Source: Saccostrea cucullata (Eukaryota). From it: a stretch of DNA of 64,000 bases. Every line of letters starts with the position of its first letter. The stretch's first letter is position 1. The notes under the pieces are model-generated. The model made no database searches. It was not told the origin of the DNA and saw only the letters and a list, made by a program, of their open reading frames with translations. Shown here one piece after another: positions 47,488 through 60,297 of the stretch. Both the position numbers and the translations under genes were made by a program. The stretch covers positions 62,001 through 126,000 of the forward strand of contig NW_026928915.1 in NCBI RefSeq assembly GCF_032062105.1, in the 5' to 3' direction.

Positions 47488-48394
47488 ATTTAAGTCTGAC
47501 AAGCTAGAACTGTTACTCCAGACAGTGTATATGTGTACAATGTGTTCTATACATTATCATGTGTGATATCACATGTAAATATAACATTGTAAATTGTCCA
47601 TTTTGACATTTCAATAAATTAATGTGAACATAAGGAGCTGTTATTTTAATTACTGAGGTTTAAATTATGATGTTTATAAACCTCTTTTAAATATAAATGT
47701 TACAACAAGGTTGCTGAGGAATGTACCATAGTGATTGGTAAAAGCTGAAGATTTTGATGAGAGGAGAAGTTGAGAGCACAAGATTATAACTGAAAAAGAT
47801 AAATACAGTAATAAATATGGAATGATGCAAAAATTGCCTCCATAAATTATTCCTATCAAATTTGAAAAGGACTATAGTCAGCTGGTCATATGTCAGCTGA
47901 TGTCCTCAATCTTGAAATTCACCATCTTAGTTATCTACTATTCAATTTAAATATCATCAATTAAACATCTTTAAGAGTTGAATCTCGCATATTTAATTGC
48001 AAATGTCAAAGAGATGTTTCATCATGTTTTACATGTAAAATTCATAAATTCAATCACAATTCATCCTTGCATTTGATATTGTAATACATGTACATGTATA
48101 TTACCTTATTATATACTATAATATACATGTATACAATACACTACATAGATATTGGTAATATCAAGTACAGTTTATCTTCAGTCCATGAAAAAACATTATT
48201 AAATGATTTAGATGACACACGAGAAATCTGACCTTAAAGCCCACATGAAGCTTGCATTCATCACGTTCAAACTGCTCACTTTTATAACACAATGTTAGAG
48301 ATGTCCAATTTATTTCCTAGGATTGGTCAAATTTAGGAAATGGCAAAATAATTTTAGTAAAAATTTGTAATGAATACTAATAACTCTCAGATTA

Positions 48395-49827
48395 TCATGA
48401 CCGTCCATTTGAGTTGACAACAGTTTGTTCTTTGATCTTCCTTCTCTTACAACTTAACTGTTCATCCACTTCGTTAATCATTTTTTGAGCGTATTCCTGT
48501 AAGCAAGGAGGTAGTGAGTAAGACTGGCCAATCAGGAAATCAAACGACAGCCACACATTGGACGGTCCACTGAAGCGCTTGCGTTTGTCAATTTGAATAA
48601 GGTCCTCCACATTGATTGACAGCTCACCAGGTAGGTAATCGATTTGTACTGGCCAAGTCTCTAGTTTCCGTGCTCCCTCAAAATCCAGAGGGTCATATCC
48701 CAACTCTTTCCTCAATCTGGCATCCTAATCAAACAGAGTGAATATAGGTTATGTTTCAAAAAAATGTACCAAAAAGTCTACCAAAACTTCCTCGATGCTA
48801 TCGATAATTGTATTAAGGCAGTTGTATTGTTTATTTGTCATATATTCCAAAAATCAATGATACATATGAATGTTCCTAATTTTTCTAGACATACTGCATA
48901 ATATCAAAGACGATTTTATGCAAAGCTTTAAGCATGTCTACTTTTAAATGTGTTTTGAAAGTTCTTGAGGTGGATAGCTTACCTGTAAAGCATAACAGAA
49001 CTGTTTTAGAATCTTCTCTACATTGGTCCAGTATTCTGAGTGAAAATATACTTTCTTTAACATGATTTCTTTTGTATTTTTACAGACAGCCAAGAAATTG
49101 CACCATGGAAGTCCTGTGATGGCCAGCTGTCCCTGTATCTGCGCCATATAATGCCGAGGTATACCTAAAATAATTTTTTAAATGAAAATTTAGAAATAAT
49201 GGACTGGTTTGGTTCCTTTAAAGTTATTTTTCCTGTTTTTCTTTACACAGTCCTCAATATTGATAGGATCAGGAGATCTCTTTTAAATCTACCGGTGGTA
49301 ATGTTCAGTACATACTCTATAGGCAGAGATTGCTTTACCTACACTGTGTGTACAAAAATGTACAAAGAAATTTTAGACTTAATAAAGTAGGAAATGTAAT
49401 ACATTGCAAAATTACCTTGCACTGTATTCTCTGTCTTATACATTCTGTAGATAGGAGCCTTAAATTCACACAACCCAATGTCTTCCCCTTGATCATCCAC
49501 AACAACTGCATCTGGGGATGTCCCTATCAGATCTTGTAGTATCCTGTCCCTAGGCACCCAAAAACCTGACTCCCTTGTCTTGTGCCCTGTCAGAAGATGG
49601 TAACATTCCAGGATGATTTCCTCCATGGTAATACCATGCTGTGTATATGATGATTCCGTTACTTCTTCCTCGTCTTCATCATTATCATCTGACATCAAGG
49701 AGAGGAAGAAGTCGTAAGGTTTACCCATCCCAACTCCAAGAGCATCTCCAAACTTTGATGATGTCAGGTAAACTGATTGACGTATGTCAAACCATTCCTT
49801 TGATCTTTGTTTTACTTTGGACTCCAT
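48395..49827 (-). CDS. YqaJ-like viral recombinase / lambda-exonuclease family PD-(D/E)xK nuclease, 3 coding exons, 307 aa
   Basis: Exons 49827-49416, 49164-48983, 48724-48395 in phase. Motifs QRSKEWFDIR...LTSS, HGITME, SGFWV, IGTSPDAVV, CEFKAP, YMAQIQGQLAITG and YW. Confidence 0.88.
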
Positions 49828-50997
49828 AAGTCACTGTTAAAATTCATTTGATTATTATTATTTTTTTAACTTTAATATCAGGTCTAAATCATAATTGGAA
49901 TTAATTTGTAAAAGGATTATTTTATTTACTATTGAAACAAATTTGTCATGCAAAGGACCATCAATGTGATTTATAATCATAATAATTATTAATACGATAC
50001 TGTCGCAATCCCTACGAAACATCAAGAAATAAACAGGTCCAGTACAATCTCTTGATCTAGCTACATGTATATAGCTTGAAAAAAGCGGTCTCGGGAGACG
50101 AGTGAATACAGTTTGTTCAATATCCAAATATCATTTAAAACTTTAATTTAAAAAATCAAACCTTTCGTCTTTCAATTGTATAATTTAGCCATTCTCTAAT
50201 CATGTTTCAAGAAAATTGTTTCGCATGCCAAACTCATCCATGAAAATGGCACAAAATTGACATCGGATATATCTAAGATAAACTAAAAAAGAAATCGCAT
50301 GACGGATTTCATTATCAGATCCGGAAAACCGCTCTTGTTCTGAATCAATATCCTGGTCTTCTTCTTTGCTAGTTTAAGATAGTCTGATCCTTATGTTCAT
50401 TATACAGTATGAACAGTTTTATAAAAGTAATTGATAATCCTTACAAAATTATGTTTGAATTCACAAAATGATATGTATTAAATACCCATTCTTCAAAAAT
50501 ATCAGATCTCAAACATTTATTCAGGAAAATCAATTAGATTCATTAACTATGCATTTTTTGATTAAAAATTGATAAATATATATATATATATATATTTGGT
50601 TAAAAAGCTACGGGTATCCGCGAATTCAGAGAAATTTGCATGTTTTTAATTATACTTATTTGGTATTTGATGTCTGACGTTCTATTTCCTTCTATAATTA
50701 TATAATAAAAAATGTAAAAACCTTGTGCTTTCATTGCAAGATATCACAGATCACTTCTAATTTCATATTCTGCTAATAAGCATTGGTATCTAAGGCTAGA
50801 TTCAAGAAAACCATTTCTCTAAAACTGTAATTAAAAAAAAACTTTTACAGGGCAGAAATGTCCCTTTCTAAGACTTAAAAAAAAAAACCCGAGTCATGGA
50901 AATCGTTGCATGGGAATTTTTCAATTTCAAACTTTATAATGAGACTTCTAAAATCAAAATTTAATTTTAAGAGTTCAGTATCCTTCTTTGCTGAGGA

Positions 50998-51180
50998 TTT
51001 GTTTAACGTCTCTCTCGCGAATTTTTCACTCATACGGAGACGCCACCACTTGGTAGTGGAGAGCTGCAAATACTCGCGGCACTCCGGGCCATTAAGGCTG
51101 ATGGAGCAGTGAGGGATTTTTTTTTCGTGTCAGCATACCTGCGACACGGGATTTCGGGGTTTATACTGTCTCCTCCGTAG
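50998..51180 (-). mobile_element. SINE body and tail, relative of 45050-45341
   Basis: Reverse complement of the gagtgaaaaattc...gagacgttaaac tail and the cccgtgtcgcaggtatgctgacacg body. Confidence 0.75.
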
Positions 51181-51512
51181 AACCACCTGGCTCGGGATCA
51201 GATATTCTTAAATTAGTTAAAAATTTCGAAAGAGATAGGCACAGTCACACCGACTTATTTCATTAAAAGAATGGAAAGCACAATATCATATTCGAAAATT
51301 TATTTCAAAAGAGTCATCGATTAGTTTACATACAATCATGAATATGATTAACATCAACATCAAATACACGTATAAGTTGTAAAAATGTATAAAATGTAAA
51401 ACATTCTGTATAAATAAGAAACGGTTTATAAATATTTATAAATGTAAATTCAAATATTGAATTAAAAAAATGGAATGTAATATCACAGTCACATATGTTA
51501 ATATGAACACAT

Positions 51513-54500
51513 TTACGCGACATCACAGAAACAAAGTTGCTTTGAACACGGGAAAGTGAATTTAAAGAGCTGTTCATAACTAGGAACATAAAAATACTTT
51601 CTCGTTTCTGTTTCCTCCAAAACATATTTTTCCTCCTCGCCGAGAATGATAGTGATGACGTTCATGTTTTCAAGAGAATGAAGTTTGCTAACGATGTCCA
51701 TCACGTTCTGTTCTTGTTCGTCCACGAACACCACCACCGTTCGCCGCGCGCCACGCCTGCTACCATTCTTGTCGAAGAAGGCGTCGAGTTTCTCAATGAG
51801 GCTGCTGAGTCCGGGGAACGTAATTTTTGATACGCCACTCCATGACGTCACAGGGACCAGACCAGTTTGGGCGGCTTCTGGACAATCGGCTGTAAGACGA
51901 CCAATTCGTATGTCTCCCATTCCAATGGCGATTCTTTTCACGATTGAGGAGATGAATTTGTTGATAATAAGGGTTTTCTGGGCCCCGATTCCAAACATAT
52001 CAAATACAAATACGATGTCCATCATTCCATACTTCGGCAATTAATTGAACAACTGAAAAGAAATGGGAAAAATATTAGTTTGTGGCAACATGACATTTAA
52101 AATATTCCTTTAATGTAAATTAGTGAAAGAAAAGAAATAGAAGAATCGGTAAAAATTAAAAAAAAACTTACCATTTAAAGAAGCATCGTCCTTGGGTAAC
52201 ATTCCACATGTCCTGGTGGCTAGTAGTGTTCTTATGGAATTCAGAGCATCGAAATTTTGGACATGGAAAAGGAAATCTTTGTCTGGGTCGCTGGCAATGG
52301 CACTAAGCTCCACTGTGTCAACTCCTTTTCCGATTCCAACAGCAAAAACATAGATACCAGCATCATGAGCCAGGGCAGCCTCTTTTTGTGTTTTTGCAGT
52401 ATCCATGGACAGGCCGTCCGTCAGAACTATCATGATGTGGGCGACTCCGGGTCTAGCAACGCCCGAGGCGAATCCCACTTTCCTGACGAACTGGATGGCG
52501 TCACCTGTGTTTGTCCCCCTTGCATGATATGGAAGATTTCTGGCCGCTTTTTGAAGTTCAGGGACGGTCAAAATGGAACCGAGAGGGATGTCAACCTTGA
52601 TCTCGTGGCTATATGTGACAACGCCGATTCTAGTGTTGGAGCTAGATATGTCAAAAGCACTGATAAGTTTACTGATGAAAGTCTTCTGTTTTTGGTAATT
52701 ACTGTATCCAATACTCCTAGATGAGTCCATGACAAAGTAAATGTCGGCTGGCTTTCCATTACACTCTGCAAGTACAACGTTAAGCTTGAATTTTGAATGG
52801 TCTTATATTTCCAGAAATCGAACTTCAAAAACTCTGACTATCAAATACCAATACTATTGTAAATACCAAATTTAATACATGCACATGTACTCACCTTTTA
52901 CAAAAGACTGGTCACTCTGATGTCCACCTCTGAATGATAAAGTGGTGGTGGTGGTAGGTTGTGTGGTGGTTGTGGTAGTAGTTGGTGTTGTGGTGGTTGG
53001 TTGTGTGGTGGTATTGGTGGGCTCTGTGGTGGTAGTAGTAGGTTCTGTGGTGGTAGTGGTGGTGGTAGTTTCGGTTGTTGTTGGTTGAGGCGTTGTCGTA
53101 ACTGAAATTTAAGAATAATATACCCGGTAAAACATATTGCAATAAACCAGAATTCATAATCTGTGTAAAAGCAGCCTTCTATATTTTAAAAATATTTTTA
53201 AAAACAAAGATATTTACCTTGACAAGTTTTGACAGCAAACACATTCAGGATGTTCTTTAGAGCGCTGTAGTTGTCTACCGTGAAAACGAACTCTTCGGAT
53301 GGCTTACTGGCAATGCTCTCCAGTTCAGTTTTGTCAGAATTTTTCCCAACTCCTATGGAGAAAAGATTGATCCCCTTTTCACGCGCAGCACGTGCAGCCT
53401 CGACCGTTTTGGCAGAATCTGTAGATCGTCCATCGGTTATGACCACAGCTACTCTAGGAACATTATCTCTTGCACCATTGCTTTTAGTGAACATGACGCT
53501 GGACACGAATTCAATGGCATCTCCGGTGTTAGTTGATCTACCAGGATTGAATTGAATGGTGCTGATAGCTTTCTGTAATTTGGAGGCATCTTCCTGATAC
53601 TTATTCAGATGAAATCGGAGTTTGTAAGTTTCGCCAAATGTGACGACGCCTACTTGTGTGTTATTGGGACCAATTTTAAATTTTTTGACAATATCTTCCA
53701 CAAAAACGAGCTGTCTCTGAAAGTCTGGTGGCCAGATGCTCGCAGAAGAGTCCAACACGAACACAACATCTGCTATACTGTCCTGGCATTCTGATAAACC
53801 TGACAAAGACAAAATATGAAATAAATTTTTACTCCTCAGCAAGTAATGTTCTTAAAAATAAAAGAAAATGAAGCACAAAACCCTTTTACAAATATTTTAC
53901 CAGACGTAAAAGAAAGAAAAGAGAGAAAAATGAATCGTTTAAAAGGAGTACATTTAATCGTTTGAACATTGAGTCCTGTTTTCACACTTTCATTCTTAAG
54001 TTAAGATTAAAATAATCATAATGAAAAGTTGTAAATTTACTTTTACAATTGATTTATGCTTATTTAATGTCTGAAACGTCTTATCTGAAGACCGAATATG
54101 CCTTTTTAAAGAAAATTAAAAGCGTTGACTCTTTTTCCGAAAGTGAACAACCGTTATGTGTGGCTGTCGCGATAAACATACCAATTTCGGGATTTAAAAA
54201 TCTGTTAAAGTCAAGATGTAGGCTTATCTTTAAATCGCTCGATTGATTTTTAAGGATTTTGAACTCTCTGCATGCGAAAGTAATGATTTTGGATTATATT
54301 AGGGGATAACAAAACGAGACAAGTAATCTTGAGTCTTTACACTTACCAACGAGAGGGTTGGATGTCGTCAAAGCTAACCCAAAGGAGGCCTGTAAATTCA
54401 ATAAAAGTTTTGAAAAAAAATTATTACAACATTTAAAAGAAGCAATTTAAAAGAATGATGACAAAATTAAATTGAGAAACAATTGATTAAAATACAGTAC

Positions 54501-54542
54501 GAATGAAAAACCTACAATAACCAAAGCTGCATAGAATCTCAT
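51513..54542 (-). CDS. Secreted multi-VWA matrix protein (matrilin/collagen VI-like): signal peptide, VWA1, Thr/Pro mucin linker, VWA2, degenerate VWA3; apparent +1 frameshift at the start of the last exon
   Basis: Exons 54542-54516, 54389-54347, 53799-53218, 53101-52895, 52765-52172, 52052-51513. MIDAS motifs DSSAS and DSSRS, plus TNTGDA and TDG; VWA3 has DMFGI instead. Confidence 0.88.
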
Positions 54543-56644
54543 GATTATCCTCTACGGTTTCCTTTAAATGAAATTCTCTTAATTTCTTCTTGTTGTATCT
54601 TCTTGTATTCTTAAAAGTTTATGATTTCTAAATTACATCTTCTGTTTTATATAGTGTTGATTGAGTCATCTTTTGTCACCCGTAAGCACCGGAGAATTTC
54701 CTGCTTCTCCAACTGTATGCATGATGGGAGGAAATCACCTATTTAGCATCTTACCAAAAAGGGAGCACGCCACGCCAACATAAAAACACATCACAGAATA
54801 GATAAGTATGATTAAGTATAGGCTGTTAGAATTACGTAATAAACTAGAGCATATTTTCCTGGCGTAGTAAACATTTTTTGTGAATGGAGTAACATTTTTT
54901 CGGAAGCTGGCAATGTCAAGTTTAAAACAGTTGGAATTCTTGGGGTAAAAAGATATATGTCTCGTAAACAAGTACTATATTATGATGAATCAGACATCTA
55001 CGCCGATTTTGAAATGATAAGAATGTAGTGTATGATCATTGAGTGTCGACAAGTAACGTCTGGCACTGATCGTACGCACCCCTGTAGCTCGCTATGTTAT
55101 ATTTTTGTATACTTTCAGGCAAATGCATGAACATAAAATTCCTAAATTAATATATGGGTAAATCCTTATGCAGCGGGGGAGTGTGTGATAACATTCTTGT
55201 ACTGTGATGTATGGTTTATAATCGTCAGATTTTAGCAATTATTGTTGTATTTATAGGAAATGAACTAAATTAAAAGTGTAAACTTTATCAAAACATGGAG
55301 AAGCATAAAAATATTTACGCAGATATACATCTATTTATAAATTTTATCATATCAAAAGGGATAATTTTACACACAAGATCTTTTTTCTAAAGATTCAAAA
55401 TCTTTAAAATTATATATTGATAAGAAATATACTTCAAAGTGTCAGATGATTTCATACTGATACTAATTCAGGAAAGTAAAATAAATTATTCAAAAACGTA
55501 GAAGTTGTTTTGATGCATGTATTACTGGTATTTTCTTTTGAAATATATTTTTTTTAATTCAAAAAGAAAAAAAAAACGTTGATAAAATATAGATTAAAAA
55601 TTCATTCCTCATAAACTATGGTCTTTTTTCCCTTTCTTTTTTAATTATACAATTTATGTATTTTTAAAAATATGTGTTTCATCTATTATTTTTCATATAA
55701 GTGTAAATAACAACAGCCTTTTAGTGAAAATGATAATTTTCTTCCATTTTTTGAGACGATTTACAAGGGTTTGGTGTTAATATACAGTTACTATATTGTT
55801 AAAATCGTCTTATCCTTTATGGCAATTACTGCATTAAAAATATTCAAAATAGAATAATTACACTGTAATCGCCTGTCTTATAGATTTTCTACTAATATAT
55901 ACAAATCATATTTAAAAGAAAATGATGTAGTATGTTATACTACATAAGATATAAATAAAATTTAAAATATCCCTTAATAAACAAGTTACACAAATAAAAT
56001 ACATGTATCAGTTTTAAATAAAGAATTGAAATAGGGACTGTTATGAAGAAAAAAAATATATGTATTATTAGCAATTACATGTTACTGATACCAGTCATAA
56101 ATACATTTTATTTTATATTGTTGGCGAAATGCATATTATAGATTGTCAAATTTAGTCTCTTAAGAATCATTTTTTATAAATCCAAGTGCATTTTAGCCAC
56201 GGTTATATTTTTTATCTCCAAAACTTCTTTATCAATTATTTTGACGCAAACCAGAGTTATTTTTGAATTAATGGCATATTCGTGGTTCGAAAACAAAAAT
56301 GTTTTGTCATACCAGTTCTCTAAGTATCTTAAATCAATATGGCAGAGATCTGCAACAATGAACGACATCAGATTTTTCAAAGAGGTTCAATTAGTAAAAA
56401 GAGGCAAGGTTTGACATGTCTGTAAAGCTTTAGTTTGTTAGAAAAAGAGATTAGAAAACAAATGAATTTTGTCAATATCTGAATAATGCAAGTGCGCCGG
56501 TAAGAATATGTTGTGTTCTTATATCTGGGATCAATGTTTACGCTTTTGGAATTCTTCGACGTATTTTTTTTATGGTTAGAATATTTTTTTTATACAGATC
56601 CTAAATATCGATTGTTATTTGTTAATGCTTAACAAATTACCACT

Positions 56645-57714
56645 GGGTTATCAAAAAGTTCGTGGACTAGCGCCATAAAATTAAAACCGCTTTAGGTACA
56701 TCAATGAATTTTAAAATATCTAGTTAACATCATCTTTTCTATTTAAATAATAAACCATAATTAATTTAATTTTTTTTTTTTTTTTTATAAATTAGTAATG
56801 TTTTTGTAAGCAATGGTATGTCCAGGCGGCGCAACCTTGAACACAACGTTTTTGCGACCTAAATGTAACTGAGAAAAACTCTTTCGTTATGAACATTAGA
56901 TTTAAAAATCTCGTTAATTCAGGTGTGCGTTGGAACACAATTGTTCCACAAAATATGAAATTTTCACCTCATTCTGGAAATTCTATGAAATTTTATCGTA
57001 AATTTTACACGGAGTGTCCACTCAAATAACGCCTTGAATATGACGTCAAAAGGGGGAGGGGGGTTCCTTTTCCAACATTCTATAAAGTTTTGACCCTGAA
57101 AAAAATGGTACAGACCTAAGAAATGTTTAAACTGGCTACAGAAAAATAGTATGCATCCAAAGTACTTTTCTTTTAATGCCAAAATAGATTCAGAGAGAAA
57201 ATGGATGCACAGCTTATTCCATTTGTAGTCAAGGTGTGAAAAATCAATCACGTCAAAAAATGACCTTGATCATGTGTCTTAGATATTGAACTCCCAAAAG
57301 TAAAATATGCTGGCACAATCAAGTGAGGATCTCTCCCAATGTATAAATCCATTTTGAATATTATATTCATTGAAAACCGCTGTTCATGACATTGTAAAGA
57401 CATATAAACAAGGCAGGTGCAAGTTCTTACTCAGGTTCTGGGAATCTCATCAAAAAAGTGTATGATGTAGAAGGAGCGGACATTGAAAAACAAAGACGTT
57501 GTCGGATGTCGTGAAACTACACGGCGACGGCGCCAGGTGATCATATAATGTCGCTTTTATTTTATAATAATTTTGCAAATAATGAACGTATCAAGCTAAA
57601 TTTTTCAACATTTCTTCATTTTTTGTTGTTTTATTTTCCATATAAATTTTGAAAGCACAGACTTCGTAGTACGTATCTTATAGCCTCAGTCCACGAACTT
57701 TTTGATAACCCCTC
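56645..57714. mobile_element. Non-autonomous Tc1/mariner-like element (~1.07 kb)
   Basis: TIRs GGGTTATCAAAAAGTTCGTGGACT and AGTCCACGAACTTTTTGATAACCCTCG followed by TA. No transposase ORF. Confidence 0.75.
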
Positions 57715-58197
57715 GTATATTGTCAAAATAAGACCGATACAATACGCTGTCCAAGTACAGACAGAAGGACTGACGAGGAGAAACCTACAGTCCTCACAGG
57801 CTTCAATGGTAGAAGACCAATAATGCATTTGTTTTAATCAATTTATAATGGAGAGCCTCAATGACCTCGAACTTTTCTATGCGACAAGATCTAAAAAGGA
57901 AAAATTCATTTTATAACAGTTTGAGTTCATCCAATCAAGGAATTTAGAGTTTAGCACGGAACCAAATTCGTATCTTATGTGTAGTGCCATTAACCTTTAA
58001 AAAATGATCTTGAGTAGGATGTCATATCTTTGTTTTAAGCACAAAACACACTAATATAGAATTCATTCCTATCAAGGATTCAAGATGTAGTTATATTACA
58101 GACAAGAAGTGTCAAATTTTGCAGAAACTAATGCTTATTTCATTGGGTGAGATCTTATGACATCACCAAGGCAAAAGATCCCAATACATTTTTTTTT

Positions 58198-58308
58198 ATC
58201 AATCTGATTAAAATCCGATCCTTTGATCCGCTCACATAGATCGCTACACAAGCCTTGTGTAGCGATCTATGTGAGCAGATCAAAGAATCGGATTTTAATC
58301 AGATTGAT
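58198..58308. repeat. ~110-bp near-perfect palindrome
   Basis: About 55-bp arms centred on caagccttg, with two mismatches. Confidence 0.92.
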
Positions 58309-58692
58309 TTTTTATGGAATGGCGATAGAAGCAGATATATCCTCTTTTAATATTTTCGAAAATTTCCGAATGACTCAAGTTTTTAGAATGTCAAATATTC
58401 TTAAAAAGCTAATACGAGATTTCCTGAATAAATGTCCCAATTTCACGAAATATGAATACAGCAACGAAAGATCAGAAAATACTTCCTTGAAAAGAAGAAG
58501 TTAAATTTGTTAAAATGTTTATCTTTTTAAAAATTCAATTCATGATTCAGGCATTTTAAAGGAATTTTTATTTTTTTCGTCTTGTCTCGTTTTGGTTTTA
58601 ATTTTCAAAATCTCTACATTTTGAAGGCATGGTTTCTATTATTGAAATTTAAACGTCTTTTAATAAGTATATACTGATCAGTCAATTTTACC

Positions 58693-58925
58693 TTTTTATG
58701 CCCCCCTTCGAAGAAGGGAGGGCATATTGCTTTGCTGCTGTCCGTCGGTCTGTCGGTCTGTCGGTCCACTTAGTTTCCGTTCATTTTCTTCACAACCGTT
58801 GCACATACTGAAATGAAATTTGGTATACAGATGTATCAGATGAATACCTAGGCCAAGTTCTGTTTTGGGTACGATCGTGCCATTTTTTATAGAGTTATGC
58901 CCGTTGGACTTAAAAAAATCCAATT
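58693..58925 (+). mobile_element. HINE/pearl-like non-autonomous Helentron, truncated
   Basis: ttttatgcccccc...gggcata subterminal hairpin, (GTCG/GTCT) microsatellite and one core repeat. A second head fragment lies at 59135-59200. Confidence 0.75.
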
Positions 58926-59700
58926 ATAATCTAAGCATTTGTCCTTAAGGAGATATGAGTGGACATGTATCCAGTTAAAGATAATTAATGAGCTTAGTGT
59001 GGGAAGTTGGGCATCTCTGATCATGTGTTATCTTAATCTCCTGAGAATTCGATAACAGAAGGAAAGATCTCTCTTCTCTAATTCTCTTAATTGTAATTTA
59101 TTGCTTGTCAAAACATATACATGTATTTACCAGCCTTTTTATGCCCCCCTTCAAAGAAGGGAGGGCATATATTGCTTTGCTGCTGTCTGTTGGTCCATTT
59201 AAGTAAATTAAAAAAAAAAACTAAGTCTTTTTAATTTTAAATTTCATAATCCTTAAAAAATGTAAAAATATAGTTGTATCCTTATTCAAAAAATGTTAAA
59301 TTTAGTAAAAACTTATTTTTTCATATTCATATACTTTACAGCAATCTGTAACAAATGTTAATGTTTTGAGAGGAATTCAGTTTGTCCCATGGGCATAATT
59401 ATCAAGCACTGGTCATTCAAGAAGAATTTTGATAGCAGAAATTTGCAGGTCAAATCAGAGAGAAATTAATGAGTTTATTGCCAGGAGCTAATTGGTAGTC
59501 TAAAGCAAGAGCATCATCTTAATTTATCTCTTGGGAGTTGGGTAAAAAGAAATGGCCTCATAGTTGCTTGTGTTAATTAAGAGTTCTTGATGGCTATAGT
59601 TCAGATAAAGATCTTTCAATTGGTGTAGTGTAATTAAAACAAATTGATGTTTTAGTGTATGATTAAAACTAAATTATTATTGTATAATATAATGAAAATT

Positions 59701-60297
59701 AATTATGCCCTCCTTTGAAGGAGGGAGGGCATATTGCTTTGCTGCTGTCTGTTGGTATGTTGGTCTGTCGGTCCACTTAGTTTCCAGTCATTTTCTTTGC
59801 AACCGTTGCACATACTGAAATGAAATTTGATATACAGATATATCACATGAAAATCTAGATCAACTTCTGTTTTGGGTATGATCGCACCATTTTTTACAGA
59901 GTTATGTTCCTTAGACTTAGAAAAATTCCTGTTATTTGCAGTTTCTGTTCATTTTCTTTGCAACCATTGCACATACTGAAATGAAATTAAGCATACAGAT
60001 TTATCATAGATATCTAGGTCAAGTTCTGTTTTGGGTACGATTGCACCATTTTTGACAGAGTTATGCCCCTTGGACTTTGAAGAAATTTCAAATTATTTGC
60101 AGTTCCTTTCATTTTCTTTGCAGAGGTTGCACATACTGAAATGAAATTTGGTATACAAATGTATCAGATAAATATTTTGGTCAAGTTCTGTTTTGTGTAT
60201 GATTGTACCATTTTTGACAGAGTTATGCTTTTTGGACTTGTAAAAATTCCAGTTTGGGGAGAGGGGGGCATAAGTGTTTTACAAACATCTCTTGTTT
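59701..60297 (+). mobile_element. HINE/pearl-like non-autonomous Helentron, complete
   Basis: 5' tatgccc...gggcata hairpin, microsatellite, three ~160-bp tandem core repeats (gcacatactgaaatgaaatt...), and 3' ggggcataagtgttttacaaacatctcttgttt. Confidence 0.8.

Noticed and set aside
49831-49833. In-frame TGA upstream of the YqaJ start as selenocysteine
   Set aside because: It is not at a catalytic position and I recognised no SECIS; an ordinary stop is simpler.
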